Below the pieces are notes generated by a model. The model ran no database searches and was not told the origin of the DNA. It saw only the letters and a program-made list of their open reading frames with translations. This document shows, piece after piece, positions 53,632 to 64,000 of a stretch of DNA of 64,000 nucleotides. Origin of the DNA: Utricularia gibba (lineage: Eukaryota > Plantae > Magnoliophyta); assembly GCA_002189035.1 (NCBI GenBank), contig NEEC01000013.1, forward strand, positions 2,046,001 to 2,110,000, in the 5' to 3' direction. How positions within the stretch are numbered: the first letter of the stretch is position 1; the number at the start of each line of letters is the position of its first letter. The position numbers were made by a program, and so were the translations under genes.

Positions 53632-53930
53632 TTTATATTCTGTGAATGGAGTGAAATAGACTGAAGACTATTTATCAGCACTTTGCTGTGTGCCTTATAC
53701 CTTGTAATGGTTCATGAATAGCAAGTTGGATCTACTTAATTTATGAACAAGTTATGCTTAATATCCATTACTCCATTTATAAGACATCTCTACTTTATTC
53801 TTCAATGCTTTTTCAATTGTCTACGTAACTTTAACTTTAAAGAAAAGGCTTACATTATATGGATTTCAAGTATTTTTTCTGTTCTATATGATTGTTAGCA
53901 TGCTCATTTTCTAACAATCAGAGGAGAATC

Positions 53931-55351
53931 ATGAAGATCAATGCCATTACCAAGTTCGGGGGGTTTGTGTCCCTGAGTGTTAGCTCTGCTGAAGTGGTAT
54001 TTCATCCTTATTTGAGGCTGTTTTCTCCAAATCTTTTCATTCTAAACTTTGCAACCGCCGCAGGTGGAGAACCTGAAGGCACTGCTTGAAGTTGAGGTTA
54101 GCAATATATGTGAATAATCTTACTGCAAGTCGAAATTTTGAAGGTTTGAGTCAATATGGAATGCACAGATGGGGGTGCCACAGCGGCTACAGAAGTTGAT
54201 TCATGATGGAAGGGAGATGAGGAACGGCAACACATTGGCTCAGCTTGGCGTCCAGGATGGAGATTGGATTGCCATCCATCAGAAGCCTTTCGGATACATT
54301 GGTGAATGGGAGAAAGGCGTTCCAGAGAATATAGCCGCAGGCCTGGAATACAATCCTGAAGGATTTGCAACCATAGTAATGTCGTCTCCTTGAATGACTA
54401 CTTCCTGAGCAACCCCCTGATCAATGCTTCTCTCATTTCAGGCAATGTTGTACATTGACGTGAAAGTTAATAACGTTCTGGTGAAGGTAGCTCTACATTT
54501 GTACGTCACAAACACACCTTTTTCCCATGACAGCAGATTTGCTTCTTTCAGGCCCTGGTTGACACTGCAGCACAGATAACAGTGATATCTAAAGCCACAG
54601 CTCAGCGTTCAGGGTCTGAGGAATACATCATCCACCCATATGCTACTCTATTCCTGCACCACATATGACCTTGTTTAACCTTGTGAATTGCAGAATATGG
54701 AGGCTTCTAGACACCAGTTTCCAAAGAACTGTTCAGGGTATCGGCTCATCCAAGCTTCTAGGGAAGATACATTTTGCTCCACTCCACGTATGATAAAACT
54801 TAAACTGATTCCACAAAAACTGTCATCACCCTCATCTTTGTGTTCAAAATTCTGACAAGCTTTGAGTTCATTAGATTGGGAGACTGGTTTGCCCCTGCAG
54901 CTTCTACGTTATGGATTCAGACAAGATGGATGTGATCCTGGGTCTCAACATTCTTCTCAAGCACAAAGTAAGATCATCCTTATCTACAACAAAACTCCAT
55001 CCTAATCACCTTTTGATTACCGGTTAATCATATTTCATGCAGTGTGCCATCGATCTGAAGGAGAATGTGCTGAGAGTGGGAGACGGATCTGCCATACCAT
55101 TTCTTCCTGGTACCTCTTACAATCCTTCACAATGCCATCCCATGTTGAAATTGGTTCACTTTTAGCTTTTCTGTAAACAACACTTCAGAGAAGGATATCC
55201 CATCGCAATTCTTTGGTGGCCAGGCAAGAGGAAGAGCTTCTTCAGCATTAGTTACCACGGTAAAATCTGATGTAAACAAAAAAAAAATAAAAAAAAAATC
55301 ACCATCTCATCTCCGTGTTTACCATGGTAAACTCTGTTGTTTCAGGTGTGA
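53931..55351 (+). CDS. Shortened DDI1-like protein (UBL + retroviral-type aspartic protease; no helical domain, no UBA), 10 exons, about 247 aa
   Basis: Exons 53931-53996, 54064-54096, 54169-54375, 54442-54486, 54552-54613, 54694-54787, 54875-54967, 55043-55109, 55189-55259, 55346-55351 join in frame: VENLKALLEVE, LEYNPEGFA, MLYIDVKVN, ALVDTAAQ, CSFYVMD, CAIDLKENVL, EKDIP. Last exon is the least certain. Confidence 0.85.
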
Positions 55352-55648
55352 GGTTGCGTTGGTGGGCTTATATTATGGGCCTGGGTCGATTATTTCATCA
55401 CGATGTAGCGTGTGGCCCGTCGTTGGCCCAATTACTTTGTAATAATTAAACAGTCGCATGTTCCAAAATTTGAAATAAAAATAGAGATATGAGGATGCCA
55501 TATCCACACATGTGGGATTGTCGTGATGACGGTACGGACGGAGGTTTCAAAATGTAAAAGCGCCATGTGCATGGAGGCATCCTCTTATCAGCAGCAGTTC
55601 ACTATGAGACATGGTATACACATCATGTCAGCGAGGGACACTTCGCCC

Positions 55649-56184
55649 TTATAAGATGGTGCAGTCGGGGCCGGTTTCCTGGAAATAGACCTTCCACGCC
55701 GGAGGGCAGTCGGAGGTCACCGGAGGGCAGCTGGAGCTCGCCTGAGAGCAGTTGGAGGTCACCGGAGTGGGCGGAGGTGATGGCTTCTTTGGTTTATCCG
55801 GTTTCTTCTCTTCCACCTTCTTGTCTTCCCCCACACTGATAATTTTAGCAGCACCCGTTTTGCACCGTAGACAAAGTGCCAACTTAACTGGGTCCAGATC
55901 TTGGCCGGTGATCTCAAGCTGATCCTTTTCGTTTATAGTCACCGAGGTAACTCCTGGAACACAGCAACCCTTCATCTGTTTCTTTCTTTTCTCAGTTCAT
56001 TTTGTTGAAAGTGAACTGACCTTCAAAGGATGACACTGTCTTCATTGCCTTGATCCTCTTCTTCCCGCTGCCGATCGGCACCTCAACCACGATCTTGACC
56101 TACAACAAAAGATAGTAGAAAGGAGGCTGAGATGCATTTCTGGATATTTTGACTGGTTTTGCAGACACATGAACAGACCTTCAT
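55649..56184 (-). CDS. Heavy-metal-associated isoprenylated plant protein (HIPP), HMA domain without CxxC
   Basis: Exons 56184-56179, 56099-56021, 55953-55649: MKVKIVVEVPIGSGKKRIKAMKTVSSFEGVTSVTINEKDQLEITGQDLDPVKL..., Lys/Pro-rich linker, CaaX end CTIL*. Confidence 0.88.
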
Positions 56185-56627
56185 TGCAGCAAAAGCTTAT
56201 GATTGGAGTGGTAATGAAATCTACACAAGATGAGCATTAAACAGCGAAGTAGGACTGTTTAATGACTAGCCCTACTTCTCTGTGCATTGACCAAGGGAAA
56301 ATTCTTATACATCCTCAAAAGTCACACATAATTGTAGTTAAAGTAAACGTATGCTACTATTATAAAATAAGCTAGAACCCCAACTGATTAACCGATACCA
56401 AATATTTACATCCCCTAGTAAGGGGAGGACAACCTTGATAGGCAGACGATGAAATGGGATCATGGACAAAATACTGGTATGGAGGCAGGTGCGTGAATGA
56501 ATGCGTCAGCTTCACTAGGGCCATGTATTCACAACCAAACAAAATTGTACTCTCTGCTTCACAAACTTTATTATGAATATGTATGTACTGTTGCATTCTT
56601 GTAATGGAAGAGGAAGTTTTGGATTGA

Positions 56628-59278
56628 TCACTGTTGCTGCCTCTTTGAATATGCATTATCTTGACATTTCATGTGTCGAGAGGCCTCTCGCATCAGGCGA
56701 TCGTGGTCTCTCAGAACTTGCTCCATCTTGTTTGAAGTGGCAAGCAGTGGACCTGAAAAATGGTGCACTGTCCTTGGAGCAGCCTGTTTGGAGCACCCTG
56801 TTGGGAGGAAAAATGGAACTGAACCCACCGAGCCTTCGTCTCCCATGGTGATTCTCGTGGATTCAGGTTGTCGAGAGCTAGGGAAGATACGTGTCCCTGA
56901 AGTCGACCCGATTCGCTTCCTCATTTCCACAGCTGAAGATGCCATCTTATCTCCTGACTCCAAAGCTCTGTGTTTCCTGCTGGAGTGGAGAGTTGAGCTC
57001 TTTTCAGTTGACACCAGGGGTGCAGAGTTGTCGTCTACCTCCATACATGGCTTCCCATCAGCATTAGGAGCATGAAAGCCTGAATAAGAAACAACATCTC
57101 GAAGATCCTGGGGACGATTTCTGTGCATTTCTTCACAACCTAGTGGTGGATCATTCACATGGAAACTGGCACATTCGGCTTGGCTCCTTGCATTTGTAAG
57201 ATCCTGTCGAATCTGAGAAGTTGCAAATGAGTTCAGGGATCATGGAGCCTCCATCATTGAAGCTCAGTAACTTCTGGTAATGTTACATGTACCTTTGTGA
57301 ATCTCGACAGATCAGAAACGGCGTCTGGTTTTCTAGCAGCATGTGATCCTTTTGATCCTCCCAGAAAATTCCCACTCTTGATTCCCTTCACCCCATTTGC
57401 TCCATGCCTGAACATGTGTTTGAAAAAAGCATCACTAACAGGATCCAAAATTCTTCTACCAAGCTCAATAATCTCCTTCAGAATGGTGTTTAACATAACC
57501 AGAAGCTGAGAGAAGAAGAGAGTACAAGAAGGGAGCACACACACCTCTTTGCTGCTTCTTCTCGCAGTTTCGCATCCATCTCTTTGCTGGGAGGAAATTT
57601 CGGCAAACCTGAAGGATCACAAGCAAGAGGCTCTGTCTTGAAGTACTGCCAACAGAGCATGATAAATGAGAATGATTCTTCATTTGCATCTCCTGAATAT
57701 TACTCAACTCAGACAAAGCTTTACAGGGCAGTTACCTGACTGTCCAGAGCACTGGATGCTGTCCCTCTTCCTGAAGGATCAATAGACAGCAAGGTCTCCA
57801 TGAGTCCAACACAAGCATCAGGAAGGTTTTTAAAAGATTCAGCTATTCGTCGTCGATACGCCTTAAATCCCGGCATGTAACTTAGTTTCAAGTTAACCCA
57901 ATACTCCTCATGGGGAGAACCACAAAGCTTGAAAATGTTGTGCAACTGCTCCACCTACAGGGTGAAGTTCAATTAAAAAACTGAATCAGCAGTGCAGAGA
58001 AGAAACCATTTTAACAGTACCTCATTTCTACCAGTCACAACTGGCTTTCCAGTGTATAGTTCCCCAAGTAAACAGCCAGTGCTCCACAAGTCTATAGCAG
58101 CTCCATAATGCTTGGAACCAAGCAAAAGTTCTGGAGGTCGATACCATAGCGTCACAACACGGCTTGTTAGAGGATTTTTCCGATGATTATCGAGACAAAT
58201 GGCCAATCCAAAGTCAGCAATCTTCAAGATGCCTTTGTTGTCAATCAGGAGATTTGATCCCTTGATATCTCGATGCAATACACCATGACTGTGACAGTGA
58301 TCCAGGCCGCTGAGAAGCTGCTGCATGTAGCACTTGATCTGGAAGATGAGGCGGGATGCAGAGATTAGTCTACTGTATCAGAAAAGGGCATGAAACTTAA
58401 GGGAAAACTCCACCTGAGGCTCTGTAAACTTGAGTCCAGGAATTGATGCAATTCCAGTTAGATCATGCTCCATATACTCGAAAACTAGATATAAACTGGA
58501 AGATGATTTGGAAACAATCACGCCTTCCAGCTGAATAACATTGGGGTGATTTAGCCTTCGCAGTATGACGATTTCCCGTGCCATAAATTTCACACTTTCA
58601 GGATCCATATTATTGAAAGTCACTTTCTTCAGAGCAACAGCTTTTTTGTGGATCAGATCACGGCCCTTGTACACATTACTGTAAGTTCCTTCGCCAATCT
58701 GCAGGTATAAGCATAGCGATCACCAACACAGCAAATATATAATCAATAGAACAACACCAGTTGATTTTTCAAAGGTTTTACAATGACCGTGACTGAGAGG
58801 TAGATGGAAAAAGCCACAGAAACTGAATTTTTACATCCTTGCGTAACCCCAATACCCAAATCAGTGTTGGAAATCAAAAAAAGTTGTATATATAACAAGT
58901 CCATGGCAGTACCTTGTCAAGTTTCTCAAAAGTTTCAGCTTTCCTTGGAATCCAACCTCTAACACCTTCAGGAGCCGCCTTAACTAGCCATGATGGCCAA
59001 CCAGCAGCAACACATTCGGCTTCGACAGCTCCGGGTATGCTTCGGATGCACAGAAAATGGCTTGGCATTTCAGGCATTTCGTCTCCTAAGTCATCATTTT
59101 CCTTCCCATTCATCAGGCCCTGTTCTTCTAATTTCCAACTTTGTACAGGAATCTCATTCTTTGAGGTAACTTCAGGATGCCGATGCAACTGGGATACCTT
59201 GTTGATCAGCTCTCCCTGTTTCAGCCTATCTTCATCATCCTTGACTGCCGAAGAATGCTTTCCGAAAACACAGCCCAT
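56628..59278 (-). CDS. CDK-like Ser/Thr kinase (IBS1/At1g09600/At1g54610-type)
   Basis: MGCV N-acylation start; VAAGWPSWL; IGEGTYSNVYK; HRDIKGSN; DFG; VTLWYRPPELLLG; C-terminal HFSGPL motif. Confidence 0.92.
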
Positions 59279-60153
59279 AGTTCGTCCTAAAACTTACGAA
59301 CTTGTCACCCTCAATATCTCATTTACACAACTCAGAAACCCGTTGAAAGCGCATCCTCAGCTAAATGCTCAGAAACGCATGCGATGGCGAATCATCATTG
59401 AGGTAAAAGAAAGATAAAAAGGACTAGAAACCCATATCAAACAAAACTGCGGAAAACTCTTGGTCGGCACTTTGAAAAATCAACAATCTCAAGGAGAAAA
59501 GAACTCTCTCTCCTTTCAAAATCCAACATCCCCCAAAATAAATGCCACAATAGAGAAGACTTGGTACTGGAGTGTGAAAGAATGGAGAAGAAAAGTCAAT
59601 GACGCGAACATTCCTTATTCATTTATTCTTCTGGGCTTAGAAATATTCCAGACTTGGGAATCTTCAGAAAAAATGAGAACGTTTCTTAAAACCCATTAAA
59701 CCATTGACTGCGTATTCGCGAGCATCCACTTCCCAGAAAGAGAGATGGCTCTGGCAAAAGCCGGCAACCAACCAATTTAGACTAAAGAGGGGTTTAATTC
59801 AACGGTCAACATCTGTCATGTCATCCCAACTAAATTCCACTCCTTCCCCAGTTGTTCTGCAACTTATTTCACTTCTTCTCCCTCTTTCCTTTGTCGCCAT
59901 GGAAATTCTCCCGGTGCATGTGGCACATTTAAGGGCTATTGGACAAGATGGTATTTTTCTTCCCAAGGGACCAATCAGTTACCTTGAGAATTATGAAATG
60001 TTGGAGCAATGAAACAAATTGGAAAACTTAGTGATGACTACTACATTAACCTGTTAAGACATAGCTGCCTTAAAAAATGAGGTTGCCATTTCAGTGTAAG
60101 GGTGCCATTTCCTCGGAGAAAACCAAGATCCTCATAAGACAATACAATATGAT

Positions 60154-62306
60154 CTACAGATAGTAGACACGTGTATACCAAGAACATCGTCCAAGGATAT
60201 GAAGAGCGCCGCCTAAGCAAACAGCAGTGTATATATATATATATATCAGCCATGTGTTGCCTGCTTGTTCATGTTCGTGGCATAATCTTCCCAGGTGATA
60301 CAGCTGAGAAGGAAGGGCGCCTTGTAGTCTCGCAAGGCGGCATGACTGATCGGTGAAGAGTCGGTAAGTAGATGGCCTTGTCCACGGAATGAATCCAAAG
60401 TCATCGTTAAATTCCTCCATTCCGTCCACGAGGAACTGCCACACCAACGTTCCTGCACCAGACTTGCTCCGCTGAGCTGATCTGTAGATGACATCCAGAA
60501 TGAGTTTGTAAAGTTTGTCTCTTTTCTCATGGCTGAAATCCTTGTTCAAGTTTGAGAACCCGAACTCGGTGAACATTATCGGCTTATTGAGTTCTTTATC
60601 GCCGTCTTCTATGTGGGAGAACATCCATTTGAACACAAATTTTAGCTTGTGTTCAAAGTCTGGATTTTGAGTCCTTGCAAGAACAAGAACAGGCCATAGG
60701 TAAAAAAGAAGAAAAAGGGCATAGATACGAAAATCAAGCGCTGCCTGAAAGCGATTCAGCTTCAGCTCCGGGAAAGAAACCAAATTGTTTCATTTTCACT
60801 TTGAGAATGAAGCTGAATCACTTCCAAACAAGGTGGGAATGCGGCTCTGCTCACCAGTGATCCGGGTAAATATGCACAGAAGCGAAATCAACTTTGGGAA
60901 TCTTCGAGTTGCGAATGAAGTCAGTTCCGAAGTCAGCTGCCCACACCTCCGGATTCACTACAAACCTTTTGGGGCTAGTAGGGCCATAGAACCCCTCCAG
61001 TCCAACGGTTAGCAGATGTTTCTGATCGATAAGTTTCACAAAAGTCGACATTTCTTCTATCCAGCCCTGCATCAGATACAACCCAGTCCCCATGAAGTCA
61101 GATCCACCCTATTGTCCACCTAAAAAACTCAAGTGGGAGTTACCTGCAATGTATCACCAGATTTATCAGTCATACAGCGTGGTTCATTGATCAACTCCCA
61201 AGCTAAGATAGTCGGATCATTTCGGTACTCCACACCAGTTAGCGTGTTCTTCCTTGTAAGAACAGTCTGCCAAGTGACAAACGCAGAAATTATACAGAGC
61301 AACACTGGTAGACAACAAGGTTGAGAGTCATTCTTATCTGTAAAAGCTAGAGTACAAAACTTCATGTTACATATTGGATAATCAGAAACATGCATTCTCG
61401 AAATTTACCAACATCCTTAATCAAAGATGGGAACTTGTACTAATCTAACATAAGCATCCATCATTAAACCATGGCTTTAGACAATCGACAATAGCTTCCA
61501 AGGTTTATAAACAGAACACTATGTCTCGGAAGTACCTTAACATAATTCTTGAAATAATGACGAATCGAGGTGTCATAGAAGAAAGAATCATTTGAAGAAC
61601 TTAGAGCAACACCCTCTTCCCATGCCCATTGAACATACTGAGTTTTTCCACCATATGCTTGCAAGTTATTTACCAGGCATAGAACCAGCCTGATTCCATG
61701 TCGGCCAGCTTCGGCCACCACATAATCCAAAGCCTGCAGGGTGTCAGATCACACACGAAATGCGTTAAAATACAGAAGTAGAACAAGTCATATCAAGATA
61801 TAACGTGAAGAGCATCTTTTCGATCATTGGCCAGTTCACTACTATACAAAAAAGAAATGTACTCTAACAGAATTTCACTGCACCGCACAAATCTCCTGTG
61901 AAGATTGATTGGCAAATACTGAACCCTTAGTTACAGAAAAACTGCTTACCCTGAATACTTTTTCATTGAAACGACCTGGGGAAATTTGCAGAGCATTGTA
62001 ACCGCCGTCGCTAAACGCCCAAGTTCTGCAAACAGTAAGACCCATTTTGGAACCTGCTAACAACATAGCCCTGATTTTGTGTCTGTTGTATTCATCCACA
62101 GCGTGATCCATCATCCAGTAGGAATTCCACCCATTAAAATAGAAAGGCTTTCCATCCACCAAAAACTGAGTTCCATTTCTCTCCACAAAAGTAAGCTTCG
62201 TTTGCCCATAGGGGTTGATCCACACGTCTCCGAATGATATGTAGAGGAAAGCCAAACATGACGTAAAACCCACAATTGGGTAAAACCACCCATTTCCACT
62301 ACGCAT
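60154..62306 (-). CDS. MAN2: GH5 endo-1,4-beta-mannanase, MAN2/MAN5-like
   Basis: [27 protein letters not shown] signal anchor; FVERNGTQF...NGWNSYW; acid/base WELINEPRC; nucleophile FTEFG; GAGTLVWQ. Confidence 0.93.
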
Positions 62307-64000
62307 TTCGCCAATCACGGCGACTGATAAAAAGGAATCTTTGCGAATGTTTCCAGAAAAAGATCAATAAAACCCAACAAACAATTGATCCACCGCCTCC
62401 TTGTTTTGGATCTACCCAGTCCCTAAATCCCAGAGGAAAAAACAAAGACAAAAGGGTGGGGTGGGGGGCAACCCGGATTCTTCTCCGCACAAAAAGAAAG
62501 TTTTTTCAGAGGGTTGAAAGAACAGCGCGACTCCAAGAACACTCAAGAAGGCTCCTTTACACTTCAGCTCCACCAATATATACAAGAAGACGGATCATTG
62601 ACATACAAGGATAACAACAGCGTAGTTAATAGACAACACGGAGACCGCCAGGCTTCTTTCCGACTTCTGATCTGCGGATCCCTTTACCATCCGCATTTCA
62701 CTATTTGCCTACTACTTGCAGACCAAGCCGACAAGACTTAAACCATGGCCACCCCTTCATTTCATCCCAAGGCCTAAATTCTACTCCATACCCATTCTCA
62801 AATTTACTGTAAGCACAAATAATTTACTATAATTCGGACACCTATGTTTCAATTATCACACACATCTCGATCATTTCTGGGATTATCGAAGAACACAAAA
62901 AAAATTAAACGCCACACTTCTTGAGCTTTGGTGGGCTGTCCATCACTAGAAGTTGCTTAGTCATTATCCTTGGGCACTACTAACCAAAGAGACGAATTGG
63001 GCACTCACCAGGTCATCCCATTCCCCTACCTAATGCAGCATACCAGAACCATAAACACAGACCCAAGAAACCATTTACACATAAATGATACACTGATTGC
63101 AATTGAGGTTGATAAGTCCATATCAAATATCTGTAAGGAACAACACAAGATAAGCCTCGAGGAGTAGACATGATATGAAGGACCACCTTAGGCGTTGGTT
63201 ACGAGGTCAGGTGTCCTAATGAGCTGGGAGAGGTCTCAAGTTGGACACAACCACGAAAAATGAACTGAAATAAATAGTAATTAAATTGGGCTATTTGGGA
63301 TTCAAGCCCAATAACAATTTCAAGGCCCAACCCTAATCCATTATTTAATGAATATATTCTTTTTTAATATCAATTTAAAAAATATATTGGATGGAGTGTT
63401 GTAAAAGATGAAGAAATTATTGTGAAAAATCATTTAAATTATGATTCTGTTGAATTTAATTCGATATTTATTATGAATGATCCACGACCTCAAGTCTTTT
63501 TTAAATGGAATTAAAAAACTAGACTCGTTCCAAACCAATTCAAAATCCACATTTGACCAATTCAATTCGAAATTAATCTAAATAATTTATAATTTTCAAA
63601 AATATATTAAATGTTACTATCAAATATCAATTAATAATAATAATATTATTATTATTATTACATGATTTATATACACTCCTTTAAAAAGATAAAAAAAAAT
63701 TAATCAATTTTAAACAAAAGTGGACTGTGATAATGATGATTATTTAAAGACCATATCCAATAAAACCGGAAATCCATATTCGGGTTAACCGGCGAGTTGC
63801 TAAAAAACTATTAGCGATTCGCCGGTTTGAAAACACAGCGTAAAGTAGTTTAATTATGTTTTCTTAAACACTACTTAGATGATATTCTTAGTCTTTTGCA
63901 ATTACATGTGTTTATTGGCTTTTTATGATGTGAATGTATACACAACACTGATGTAATAATAATATGCAAATAATACATGGGATGATGGTAAAGTCAACAT

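Noticed and set aside
24958-62306. OFP, CesA8 and mannanase as a cell-wall gene cluster
   Set aside because: Spread over about 37 kb with unrelated genes between them; no evidence of co-regulation.

Overview
Very gene-dense eudicot nuclear region: 22 recognisable protein-coding loci, mostly with short introns, plus one tRNA-Trp in 64 kb. This density suggests a compact plant genome (inference; species not identifiable here). In order: 3' part of an NSUN2/TRM4 methyltransferase, UBP3/4, RabH1, a ubiquitin-organellar uS19 fusion, a RING-H2 ligase, an uncharacterised D-box protein, PHIP1, ASF1, three tandem nsLTPs, an OVATE protein, PUB18/19, CesA8, tRNA-Trp, an LLG, HsfA4, a multi-exon PPR, PA200, a shortened DDI1 paralogue, a HIPP, a CDK-like kinase and a GH5 mannanase. 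Most interesting: (1) an intronless ORF joining a diverged but cleavable-looking ubiquitin (LRGG intact) to a plastid/bacterial-type ribosomal protein S19, under a site-II promoter, with a possible spliced N-terminal targeting peptide; (2) a 10-exon DDI1 paralogue lacking the helical and UBA domains, with a DTAA active-site motif, starting 299 bp after the PA200 stop and splice-compatible in frame with PA200; (3) a hairpin-rich, G-quadruplex-headed non-coding segment containing CUAAACCCU next to a stem. Two single-base frameshifts in G/C homopolymers (LTP-A, OFP) may be assembly errors. Exon boundaries were read by eye; no searches were run.
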